Of a stretch of 39,165 nucleotides of DNA, positions 30,763-39,165 are shown in pieces (within the stretch, counting starts at the first letter, position 1; the number at the start of each line of letters is the position of its first letter). The DNA lies in contig CAIQIC010000214.1 of assembly GCA_903871765.1 (NCBI GenBank), forward strand, positions 1 to 39,165, read 5' to 3'. The translations under genes were made by a program, and so were the position numbers. The stretch is from an uncultured Lentisphaerota bacterium (GTDB taxonomy: Bacteria > Verrucomicrobiota > Kiritimatiellia > CAIQIC01). The notes under the pieces were generated by a model. The model did no database searches and was not told the origin of the DNA. It saw only the letters and a program-made list of their open reading frames with translations.

Positions 30763-31860
30763 CTACGCATCGCCGAAGCAAGTGCCGACGGAGCGCGCGG
30801 CGGCGATCATCGGGTTGTCCAAGGGCACCTGTTTCAACTGCGCGATGGCGTCTTGCAACGGCACCGGCACGATCTGCGTGCCGCGCAACGCCGTCATCAT
30901 GCCAAACTGCCCTTCCGCCGCCAGCCGGGCGGCCAACGCGCCGAATTGGGTGGCCAGGATGCGATCGAACGGGGTCGGCGCGCCGCCGCGCTGGAGATGC
31001 CCAAGCACCGTCACGCGCGTCTCGAGCTCGGTGGCCTCGGTGATCTTCCGGGCGACGTAATCCGCCACGCCGCCGAGCTGCCGGGCGTCGGTCCGCTTCA
31101 CGTCGAAGCTCTTGACGATCTCGCCGACGTCCGGGCAGCGGGCGCCCTCGGCCACGCAGACGATGCTGAACCGCTTGCCGTGCCGGCTGCGCTCGCGCAC
31201 CTTGCGGTAGACGGCCTCCCACTGGAAGGGGATTTCCGGGATCAGGATGATGTCCGCGCCGCCGGCGAGGCCGGCGGACAGCGCGATCCAACCGGCGTAA
31301 CGGCCCATGACCTCGATCACCATCACACGATGGTGCGCGGAAGCCGTGGTGTGCAGGCGGTCAATGGCCTCGGTGGCGACCGCCACCGCCGTGTCATGGC
31401 CGAAGGTCCGGTCCGTGGCCATGAGGTCGTTGTCAATCGTCTTGGGTACGCCTACGATGTTCAAACCGCGCGCCCCGAGTTTGGCGGCGATGTTCAACGT
31501 GCCGTCGCCGCCGATGGCCACGAGCGCGTCGAGCTGCCAGTGCCGGTAATGGTCCACCACGCGGTCGGAAAAGTCCCGGATCTCCACCTGGCCGCCGGCG
31601 CCGGTGACCGGAAAGTGCCAGGGATCGCCCTTGTTGGAGGTACCGAGCAGGGTGCCGCCCAGGTTGATGATCCCGGAGACATCGGTGTTCTGGAGCTCGC
31701 GCATCCGGCCCAGCACCAATCCCTCGTAACCGTCCTCGATGCCGATTACCGTGGCGCCGTAGTCGTTCATCGCCGACTTGGCGACGGCCCGGATGACGGC
31801 GTTGAGGCCGGGGCAGTCGCCCCCGCCGGTCAGCAGGCCCAGTCGCGTCAGTTTGCTCAT
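30763..31860 (-). CDS. pfkA: 6-phosphofructokinase (GGDG + PKTIDND type; ATP or PPi donor not resolved)
   Basis: TGGGDCPGLN, IGGDGT, PKTIDND, EVMGR, LGHLQRGG; start ATG 31860 with RBS AAGGAG. Confidence 0.92.
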   Translation of the reverse strand: MSKLTRLGLLTGGGDCPGLNAVIRAVAKSAMNDYGATVIGIEDGYEGLVLGRMRELQNTDVSGIINLGGTLLGTSNKGDPWHFPVTGAGGQVEIRDFSDRVVDHYRHWQLDALVAIGGDGTLNIAAKLGARGLNIVGVPKTIDNDLMATDRTFGHDTAVAVATEAIDRLHTTASAHHRVMVIEVMGRYAGWIALSAGLAGGADIILIPEIPFQWEAVYRKVRERSRHGKRFSIVCVAEGARCPDVGEIVKSFDVKRTDARQLGGVADYVARKITEATELETRVTVLGHLQRGGAPTPFDRILATQFGALAARLAAEGQFGMMTALRGTQIVPVPLQDAIAQLKQVPLDNPMIAAARSVGTCFGDA

Positions 31861-32093
31861 GCTACGCTCCTTTGTCGGGCAGACAGAATACTGGATGGAC
31901 CGGCGCGCGGCAAGGCGCGCCCGGCAGGGCCGGCGCACCCAATTTCTTCAAACACGTTTGCCTTTCCGACCCTGTCATGGCATCGTCCCCACCATGCAAT
32001 CTTTTCTGCAACATCAGATAAGGGCAGGAAAATGTCTAGGAACTGGTCTTTGAGGGCGCTGGGCTTGATTGATGGAGAAATAGGAGTAGGAGC

Positions 32094-32440
32094 GTGAAGA
32101 ACGCAGGTTTGGCAGGGCTGGTCGTGCTCATGAGCCTGGCCGCCGTTCCGGTCCGGGCGGTGGATACCAACACGCTGGCGCGGATCGTCCCGTGGCGACG
32201 GCGTTTCGCTCGAGGAGTACGACAACGCGAGCACCCGCCAGAGCCAGCTCGTTTATCTGCAGATCCTGCGCTGGCCCGGCGACGCCATCACGCTGCACAG
32301 CCGCTCCAGGAAAGTCATCGGCAGTTCGCTGCTCACCGGCGGCCAGGTTGAGGTGCGGTAAACCGCGGCCAGGCTGGTCATCACGGTGCCGGCGTCGGAC
32401 CAGCGGGCGCTTGATACCCTGGCGAAACTTGGTTTCGACT
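32094..32440 (+). pseudogene. Remnant of a secreted glycosidase, probably alpha-L-fucosidase (GH29): signal peptide plus C-terminal beta-sandwich
   Basis: RBS AGGAG, GTG start, signal-like MKNAGLAGLVVLMSLAAVPVRA; other frame STRQSQLVYLQILRWPGDAITL..KVIGSSLLTGGQVEVR*TAARLVITVP..DTLAKL with in-frame TAA at 32359-32361. Confidence 0.55.
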
Positions 32441-32497
32441 TCGACTTGAAACGACGACCCGCGCTGCCCTATGATGCCGCCGCAACGAAAATCCATC

Positions 32498-32587
32498 GGA
32501 AGGGTGGCTGAGTGGCTTAAAGCGCCGGTCTTGAAAACCGGAGTGGGTTTATGCTCACCGGGGGTTCGAATCCCTCCCCTTCCGCCA
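32498..32587 (+). tRNA. tRNA-Ser (anticodon TGA)
   Basis: Acceptor stem GGAAGGG/CCCTTCC, G discriminator plus CCA; anticodon arm CCGGT-CTTGAAA-ACCGG; long variable arm; GGTTCGAATCC T-loop. Confidence 0.97.
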
Positions 32588-32821
32588 TCCTACGCTCTGC
32601 ACCCGCAGACGGGCTTGAGCTACGGATGGCAAGCCATCGGGCGCAGAGTTTAGGATGCCCTGCGAAGCACAAGGCCAAAGGCCGCGGGGCGTAGCAGGGC
32701 AAAGTCTGATTCTTCGTTCTGCGCCCGCCAAGCGGGTTTGCGCTACGGATGGCCAGCCATTCAAGTTGCCGCGCGGAGGATGCCCTCCATAGCGTCAGCG
32801 TAGCGCCGCGCGACGGAGGGC
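32584..32821. repeat. Two tandem ~120-bp units, each an inverted pair of bulged hairpins
   Basis: Unit 1 32584-32700, unit 2 32709-32821; shared GCTACGGATGGC-A/C-AGCCAT and AGGATGCCCT..AGGGC. Confidence 0.8.
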
Positions 32822-32847
32822 GAAGTTCCATTGAATCCGGAAAGAAG

Positions 32848-32881
32848 TTGACACCGGCCCGGAATTATGTAAAACGTAGTA
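32848..32881 (+). promoter_or_regulatory. Promoter (TTGACA) with an overlapping imperfect palindrome, candidate PadR operator
   Basis: TTGACA at 32848-32853; AATTATGT-AAA-ACGTAGTA at 32863-32881 overlaps the -10 region. Confidence 0.55.
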
Positions 32882-32900
32882 CGTCTTACGGAGTACCAGG

Positions 32901-33260
32901 ATGATCGCCGGCTGGGTGACGCAATTGCGCAAGGGGCTGCTGGAGTACTGCGTGCTGAACGTGCTCCGCCGCGGCGCGAGCTACGGCTACGAGATCGTCC
33001 AAGCGCTCCAGCAAATCGAAGCGCTGGCCGTCTCCGAGAGCACGATCTATCCCATCCTCAACCGGCTGCGCGCGGAAAAATATCTGACAACGCGCGACGT
33101 GCCGTCGGCGTCCGGCCCGCCGCGCCGCTACTTCACGCTCACGCCCGCCGGCCGCCTGCGCCTCGCGGAAATGCGCGCCCACCTGGATTTACTCAACGAT
33201 GCATTGAACCAGTTGCAACAACCCCTGCATGAGAAGGACCAACATGAACCTGCCGGATGA
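32901..33260 (+). CDS. PadR-family transcriptional regulator (short subfamily 2)
   Basis: QLRKGLLEYCVL, SYGYEI, SESTIYPILNRL, GPPRRYFTLTPAG. Confidence 0.95.
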   Translation: MIAGWVTQLRKGLLEYCVLNVLRRGASYGYEIVQALQQIEALAVSESTIYPILNRLRAEKYLTTRDVPSASGPPRRYFTLTPAGRLRLAEMRAHLDLLNDALNQLQQPLHEKDQHEPAG

Positions 33261-36200
33261 ACTCCAACGGAAGATCGAGGACTATTTGCGCGCGGTGGAC
33301 AGCCACCTCGGATCCCGCAGCGCCGCCGTGCGCCGGGAACTGCTGAACGAACTCCGCGAACATATCGCCGAAGCCCTGCGCCGCCGCTGCAGCGCGGCAG
33401 CCCCCACCGCGGCCGATCTGGAGGCCGTGCTCGGCGAGTTGGATGCGCCGGAAAGCTATGCGGAGGAGGCCGGCGCTTTGGCCGCAACGCCGGCGCCGTG
33501 CGATCCGCACCGGCGCTCCACGGTTTGGTTGTTGCTGGCGCTGGCCGCCCTGGCGCTGAACGGCTGGGCCGTGTGGCGGCTGACGCATCAGCCGCCGGCC
33601 GGCGGCGTTGCGTCGCCCGGCGGACAGAAAACGGCGGCCGTGGCGCCGGCATCCTTGCGACTGGACAGCGTGGAGCAAATCAATCTCTCGCCAGACCGCG
33701 AGGCGACGCTGCGCCTTTCGTTCACCGCCAGGCCCAGCCGGACGGATCTGAAGAAATATCTCCGGCTCATGACGCCCGATAAAAAAGAGCAGGATTATGT
33801 CCTGGTCGGCGCCGCCGGCGTGAATGTCGTGCTGATCCGGACGGGGCCGTTGAGCTTTGATCAACTCTGTCTGGAACTGGCCAAAGGATTGCCGGCGGTC
33901 GGTGGACCGCCGGCTACGGACAGCGCGTGGAGCATCGATCTGGAAATAACCTCCAAGCTGCAATTGACCCGGATCGAGCCGCAGGCGCCGGCCTTCGGCG
34001 ACATCCACCTGGAGTGTCAATTCACCGAGCAGCTAGATCCCAGCGCGGCGTCCCCGTTCATCGAAGTATCGCCCGTGGTCAAATTCACGGCCGAGCAGCA
34101 TTGGCGCGGTTGTGCGCTGAGCGGCCCGTTCCAACCGGGCGCGATCTACACGCTGACGTTCCGCGCCGGCCTGCGCTCAGTCAACGGGCGCCCGCTGTTC
34201 AAGGACGTCGTGCGCACGGTCCAGATCCCCAATCGGCGGACGGCGGTGGCCATTGCCACGGACGGCCGTTATCTTTCACCGCGCGGCCAACTGACCGTGC
34301 CGGTCAGCGCGATGAACCTGCGCGCCTGCGAGATCAGCCTCGCGCCTGTCCTGCCCCAGAACCTGGTGTTCCTGGCCCAGCGGGATGGCGGGCGCAATGC
34401 GAATAATGCCCAGGAAGCGGCCGACCGGCTGACGGACGCGGCGGCGACCGTGACGAACCGGCTGGCCGCGCCGCTGAACACCGAGGCAAAATTTTCCGTC
34501 CACTTGCGCGATCTGGCCGGTCCCGAGCCGCGCGGGCTCTACCTGTTGAGCGTGCGCAAGCTGGCGGACTCAGCGGCGGAGCGTCCCTATTATTCCGGTC
34601 GCGGGCGCCGGCACTATTATTATGACGACGACAGCCGCGTGCAGGATCACAAGCTGATTGCCGTGACGGATCTCGGCCTCGCCGCGCGCCTGAGCAGCGG
34701 CGAATTGCTGGTGTGGGTCAATTCCCTCGGCACGGCCAAACCCGTCGCCGGGGCGGAACTGGTGCTCTATGCGGAGAACAACACCGAGCTGGCTCGCGGC
34801 GCGACGGACGCCCGCGGGCTGGTGACGCTCCGGTTCAAGCAGGATGACAAGGCCGCCGCGCCGTTCCTGGTGGTGGCCCGCGCGGGCGCGGATTTTTCGT
34901 TCCTGCCGCTCGAAGGCACACAGGTGAACGCCGCGGGCGAGACAGACGGTCGCCCCTATCTGGCCGACGGCTATGAGGCCTATCTCTTCAGCGATCGCGG
35001 CGTATACCGGCCCGGCGAAACGGTGCATCTCCAGGCGCTGGTGCGCGACCGTCATCTGGAAGCACCGCCGGCGTTCCCGGCCCTGTTCCGCGTGGTGAAG
35101 CCCAATGGCCGCGTCTTCCGGGACGTGCCCATCCAACTCGATGCCCAAGGCGCGGCGGAAACGGCGGTGACGCTGCCGGAGTTCCTGCCGACGGGCCGTT
35201 ACGAGTGCCGGCTGGTGTTGCCGGGCACGTTCAAGGAACTCGGCGCCACACCGGTCGCGCTGGAGGAATTTGTCCCGCCGCAGATTCGCGTACGCGTGGA
35301 GACACCCGCGGCCCGCGTCGCGGCCGGCCGGCCCGTGCCGTTTGCTGTCCGCGCCGAGCATCTCTTCGGCCGCCTGGCGGCGGGACTCAAGGCGCGGGGC
35401 TACGTCACGCTACGGCCGGCGCCGTTTGCGCCCAAGGCCTGGCCGGAGTGGCGGTTTGGCGACGAGGAACGGAAATTCGCGGAAACCTTCAAGGTGGACA
35501 GCGAGCGGGTGCTGGATGCGCAGGGCAGCGCCGCGTTTGCCATTCCGACCAGCGACGCCTGGCGGCCGCCGGCCGCCATCCGGGTCGGATTCCAGGCGAC
35601 GGTGACCGAGTCCAGCGGTCGTCCGGTCACCGCGCACGCCCAGACCCTGGTGGACGTCTATCCCTTCTACATTGGCTTGAAAACCGGCGACCGGGACGTG
35701 GTACGCGTCGGCGAGACACAGCAGGTCGCGGTGGTCGAAGTCGCCGGTGACGGCGCGGCGTGGACCAACGCCAAGCCGTTGGCGGTACGCCTGGACCGCG
35801 TCGCGTGGAACACGGTGCTGCGGCGGGACGACCGCGGTCGTTATCAATGGCAGTCCGAGGAGCAGAAGACCAAGGTGCTCGAAGACACCTGCGCTGCCGG
35901 CGGGCAGCCGTCCGACTATGCCTTCAGCGTCTCCGCGCCGGGCCAGTACCTGCTGACCTTCAGCCATCCGGCCAGCGGCGCTGCGTCGAGCTTCCGCTTC
36001 TATGCCGGCACGGCGGACCAGCAGTGGTTGTCGTGGAGCCGCGAAAAACCCGACGTGGTGGAGTTGACGCTGGACAAGCCGTCCTACCGGCCGGGCGACA
36101 TGGCGCGGTTGCTGATCAAGGCGCCGTTTGCCGGCCAGGCGCTGCTGACGATCGAGTCCAACCATGTGCTGGAAAGCCGCGTGATCGAGCTGGCGAAGAA

Positions 36201-38700
36201 CACCGCCGAAGCGGAACTCGCGGTGCGGCCGGACTACGCGCCGAATGTCTATTGCTCCCTGACGCTGATCCGGCCGGCCGTGGCGGAGAGTGTCTGGACC
36301 GCGCACCGCGCCACGGGCGCGACGCCGCTCAAGGTCGTGCCGCCCGGCCGGCGCTTGGTGGTGACACTCGATGCGCCGGCGACCAACCGGCCGCAGGCGC
36401 GACTGACCGCGAAGGTGCGTGTCACCGATGAATCCGGCGCGCCCGCCGCCGCGGACCTCGCCGTGATGGCTGTGGACGAGGCCATCTGCATGTTGACGGC
36501 GTACCCGATGCCCGATCCCTTGAAATGGTTCCTCGGCCAGCGCGCGCTGGGCGTCAACCTGTTCGATGTGTACGGCGAACTGATGCCGGTGGTGGACGAC
36601 GCCGCGCTGGGCACGGCGGCGCATCCGGCGGGCGGCGCCGCCGCCGACCTCGGCCGGCGGTTGAATCCCATCAAGGCCAACCGCTTCAAACCGGTCGCGT
36701 TGTGGGTGTCGCAACTGCACACCGGCACGAATGGCGAGGCGGAGGCCGGCTTCGACGTGCCCGAGTTCACCGGCGAGCTGCGGCTGACGGCCGTCGCGTG
36801 GAACCGGGCGCAGTTCGGCGCGCAGCAGCAGAACGTCAAGATCAAGCGCGCGCTCGTGGCGCAGCCGAGTCTGCCGCGTTTTCTGGCGCCGGGCGATCGC
36901 TGCTTCGCGTCCGTGGCACTGTTCAATGAAAGTGGCGCGCCGGTTCAAGCGCGCCTGCGCGTCACTTGCGGCGGGCCGCTGAACGTGGAACAAGCCGAGC
37001 AGGACATCCCGCTCCCGCCGGGCGAGGCGCGCAACGTGGTGGTGCCGCTGGCCGCCGGCACGGTGCCGGGCAAGGCGCTGTGCACCATCGAGGCGGAAGC
37101 CGGTACGGAACGGTATCGCGAAACCATCGAACTGGCCGTGCGGCCCGCGGCCGGGCTGGCGGTGGACGCGGGCTTTGGCGCGCTGAAGGCCGGCGAGCAG
37201 CGGACGATGCTGCCGCCGGCCAACTGGATTCCCGCCACGCTGCGGCAGGAGGTCTGGTGTTCCGGCCAGCCGGCGCTCAAGCTCGGCCGCGGACTCGATT
37301 ACCTGCTGCATTATCCCTACGGCTGCCTGGAGCAGACCACCTCGGCCGCGTTCCCGTTGCTCTACCTGGCCGACCTCGCCAACCGCGTCCTGCCGCGGAG
37401 CATGGGTCGCGATGAGACCGAGCAGTTTGTTCAGGCGGGCGTGCTACGTGTGCTCTCCATGCAGCAGGGCCATGGCGGTTTCAATCTCTGGCCCGACAGC
37501 ACCATGTGCGACGAGGGGGCGGCGATCTATGCGGCGCATTTCCTGGTTGAAGCCCGGCGCGCCGCCTACGATGTGCCGACCGACCGCCTGGACGCCGCCC
37601 TGAGCTGGCTGCGCAGCCGCCTGGACAGCCCGGTACCCGACGACGTTGGCAGTTCTGCGTGGCAGGCCGACATGACTGTGCGCGCCTACGCCTGCCAGGT
37701 GCTGGCGTTGGCCGGGAAACCGGAACACGGCTGGACGGCCCGGTTGCGCGAGGAAGCCCGGCGCTTGCCGTTCGACGCGCAGGTCCACACGGCCGCGGCG
37801 TTACTCGCCGCCGGCGAACCGCGTCAGGCCACGGAGTTGATGACGGCCTTAGGTTTGCCCGATGCCGGTCGTCCTCGCGCCGGCGGGTGCATCGCCGCCG
37901 GCGGCGTGCGCGAGGCCGCATTGCTGCTCAGCGCGTGGCTGGATATTGCGCCGCAGCACGAAAACGTCGCCCGGCTGGCGCAAGCGCTCGATCGTCAACA
38001 AAAAGATGGACACTGGGGCACGACGCAGGACAACGCGCTGGTGCTCCTGGCGCTGGGCAAATATGCCCGGCTCGTGCCCGCCGCCCAGCCCTTCGCCGCC
38101 ACCCTCGCGTTGCCCGGCGGCCTGACGCGGGTCGTGAACGAGAAGCAGGCTGTGCACTGGAGCAACGGCACCAACCAGACCGGCGCCGTGACGCTTCGCA
38201 ACGATGGACCGGGCCTGCTGTTCTACGCCTCCCGCGCCGAGGGCGTACCGCTGGACGGCGCGCAGCCGGAGGAAGATGCGGGTTTGAAGGTCCGGCGCGA
38301 ATGGCTCGACCTCAACGGCGCGACCTGGGGCGCACGGGCCGTCGCGCAGGGCGATCTGATCGTCGTCCGAATCACGGTGGACACCCTGGGACGCGAACTT
38401 GACAATCTGGTGATCGAGGAGCTGCTGCCCGCCGGCCTGGAGATCGAGAATCCAAATCTGGCGACGGCGGCCCTGGTGCCATGGCTCAAGGAGAAATCCG
38501 ACTGGTGCATCCATCGCGACCTCCGCGACGATCGGTTGGTGCTCTTCACCGGTCCGGTGGTGGGGCAACGCGCCTTCTATTACGCCGCCCGCGCGGTCAC
38601 GTCCGGCCGCTTTGTGCTGCCCGCCGTGTCCGGCAGTTGCATGTACGACCCGGAGATCCGCAGCGTTCACGGCCGCGGCACGCTGGAAATCAAACCGTGA
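33244..38700 (+). CDS. Bacterial alpha-2-macroglobulin with N-terminal HAAS-like domain and TM anchor
   Basis: TDLGL, SDRGVYRPGETV, EEFVPP, LDKPSYRPGD, AVDEAI, FTGELRL, PRFLAPGD, thioester YPYGCLEQ (CLEQ at 37324-37335), WGTTQDNA, LLPAGLEIEN, RDDR, MYDP; N-terminus IEDYLRAVDSHL..RRELLNELREHIAE..VLGELDAPESYA; RBS AAGGA before ATG 33244. Confidence 0.92.
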   Translation: MNLPDELQRKIEDYLRAVDSHLGSRSAAVRRELLNELREHIAEALRRRCSAAAPTAADLEAVLGELDAPESYAEEAGALAATPAPCDPHRRSTVWLLLALAALALNGWAVWRLTHQPPAGGVASPGGQKTAAVAPASLRLDSVEQINLSPDREATLRLSFTARPSRTDLKKYLRLMTPDKKEQDYVLVGAAGVNVVLIRTGPLSFDQLCLELAKGLPAVGGPPATDSAWSIDLEITSKLQLTRIEPQAPAFGDIHLECQFTEQLDPSAASPFIEVSPVVKFTAEQHWRGCALSGPFQPGAIYTLTFRAGLRSVNGRPLFKDVVRTVQIPNRRTAVAIATDGRYLSPRGQLTVPVSAMNLRACEISLAPVLPQNLVFLAQRDGGRNANNAQEAADRLTDAAATVTNRLAAPLNTEAKFSVHLRDLAGPEPRGLYLLSVRKLADSAAERPYYSGRGRRHYYYDDDSRVQDHKLIAVTDLGLAARLSSGELLVWVNSLGTAKPVAGAELVLYAENNTELARGATDARGLVTLRFKQDDKAAAPFLVVARAGADFSFLPLEGTQVNAAGETDGRPYLADGYEAYLFSDRGVYRPGETVHLQALVRDRHLEAPPAFPALFRVVKPNGRVFRDVPIQLDAQGAAETAVTLPEFLPTGRYECRLVLPGTFKELGATPVALEEFVPPQIRVRVETPAARVAAGRPVPFAVRAEHLFGRLAAGLKARGYVTLRPAPFAPKAWPEWRFGDEERKFAETFKVDSERVLDAQGSAAFAIPTSDAWRPPAAIRVGFQATVTESSGRPVTAHAQTLVDVYPFYIGLKTGDRDVVRVGETQQVAVVEVAGDGAAWTNAKPLAVRLDRVAWNTVLRRDDRGRYQWQSEEQKTKVLEDTCAAGGQPSDYAFSVSAPGQYLLTFSHPASGAASSFRFYAGTADQQWLSWSREKPDVVELTLDKPSYRPGDMARLLIKAPFAGQALLTIESNHVLESRVIELAKNTAEAELAVRPDYAPNVYCSLTLIRPAVAESVWTAHRATGATPLKVVPPGRRLVVTLDAPATNRPQARLTAKVRVTDESGAPAAADLAVMAVDEAICMLTAYPMPDPLKWFLGQRALGVNLFDVYGELMPVVDDAALGTAAHPAGGAAADLGRRLNPIKANRFKPVALWVSQLHTGTNGEAEAGFDVPEFTGELRLTAVAWNRAQFGAQQQNVKIKRALVAQPSLPRFLAPGDRCFASVALFNESGAPVQARLRVTCGGPLNVEQAEQDIPLPPGEARNVVVPLAAGTVPGKALCTIEAEAGTERYRETIELAVRPAAGLAVDAGFGALKAGEQRTMLPPANWIPATLRQEVWCSGQPALKLGRGLDYLLHYPYGCLEQTTSAAFPLLYLADLANRVLPRSMGRDETEQFVQAGVLRVLSMQQGHGGFNLWPDSTMCDEGAAIYAAHFLVEARRAAYDVPTDRLDAALSWLRSRLDSPVPDDVGSSAWQADMTVRAYACQVLALAGKPEHGWTARLREEARRLPFDAQVHTAAALLAAGEPRQATELMTALGLPDAGRPRAGGCIAAGGVREAALLLSAWLDIAPQHENVARLAQALDRQQKDGHWGTTQDNALVLLALGKYARLVPAAQPFAATLALPGGLTRVVNEKQAVHWSNGTNQTGAVTLRNDGPGLLFYASRAEGVPLDGAQPEEDAGLKVRREWLDLNGATWGARAVAQGDLIVVRITVDTLGRELDNLVIEELLPAGLEIENPNLATAALVPWLKEKSDWCIHRDLRDDRLVLFTGPVVGQRAFYYAARAVTSGRFVLPAVSGSCMYDPEIRSVHGRGTLEIKP

Positions 38701-38828
38701 GCGGGGCAGAAACCGAAAAGAATTCGCCACGGCTGAAGACGGATTACAGAGAGATAGGAAGAAGCAAAGGATTAACCACCGAGGCCGAAGGTCCTTCCCT
38801 TGGAAGGAAAAGTCCTGCGCCCGGCAGG

Positions 38829-38896
38829 AACACGGAGGTCGGAGGAGGTTGCAGAGGTCGGAAGTTTATCCACAGATTACGCAGATTTCACAGATT
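38829..38896 (+). repeat. Short 9-10-bp-period repeats (CACGGAGG-type and CAGATT-type)
   Basis: AACACGGAGGTCGGAGGAGGTTGCAGAGG and TATCCACAGATTACGCAGATTTCACAGATT; an inverted relative CTCCGTGAAC-CTCCGCGCAC-CTCTGCGTTC lies at 39131-39160. Confidence 0.65.
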
Positions 38897-38955
38897 AAGA
38901 TGGGGATAAGAGTGTCTTGGAAGAGGAGCAAGGTCGGGTTTTGGCGTGCGGCCGG

Positions 38956-39074
38956 GGAGCGCGGGCTTCTAGCCCGCACTTGCCGGCATCTTGCCGGCAA
39001 GCATATCTCGCTCCCGGCGATGCAGCAGGCAACGCGGCCGGAGGCCTCGTTGGGCGGGCTGGAAGCCCGCGCTC
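38956..39074. repeat. REPIN-like inverted doublet of a second GGAG-footed REP
   Basis: GGAGC-GCGGGCT-TCT-AGCCCGC at 38956-38977 and inverted GCGGGCT-GGA-AGCCCGC-GCTC at 39054-39074; extra hairpin CTTGCCGGCA-TCT-TGCCGGCAAG between them. Confidence 0.8.
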
Positions 39075-39165
39075 ACCGATGTAATGAAGATCATCCGATT
39101 GAAACCCCCTGTGCAGAGATCAAAGGGCCGCTCCGTGAACCTCCGCGCACCTCTGCGTTCCTGCC

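Noticed and set aside
32359-32361. Stop-codon recoding
   Set aside because: TAA lies in a frameshifted, truncated remnant; intact genes here use TAA, TAG and TGA as normal stops
32560-39165. Genomic island or prophage integrated at tRNA-Ser
   Set aside because: No integrase, no duplicated tRNA 3' end seen in the window, and padR and the macroglobulin gene have host-like GC

Overview
High-GC bacterial chromosomal segment. Gene content suggests the PVC superphylum, most likely Kiritimatiellia/Lentisphaeria-like (inference from the sulfatase, GH109, Tat-exported Gfo/Idh/MocA proteins, UroD-like protein and intergenic repeat types). It holds about 25 protein genes: housekeeping (tadA, uppP, hom-lysC-cimA, pfk), glycan/sugar use, a type IIG-like restriction-modification fusion with a low-GC swapped specificity region, and a REP-associated tyrosine transposase (RAYT) inside a cluster of GGAG-footed hairpins. 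There is one tRNA-Ser(TGA). Most notable observations: (1) a PadR gene coupled to a 1818-aa protein that fuses a cytoplasmic HAAS-like domain and one TM helix to a complete thioester-bearing alpha-2-macroglobulin, a candidate protease-trap-coupled sensing system; (2) two different 30-bp palindromic mini-elements inserted into the tetraloops of REP hairpins, one related to doublets that pair with the tRNA 3' end; (3) three 'hollowed-out' gene remnants that keep their start and C-terminal part but lack the middle; (4) an unannotated protein with kinase-like motifs coupled to tadA; (5) a degenerate Hpt-REC-GGDEF protein with an intact I-site. All calls come from reading motifs by eye; no database search was run.
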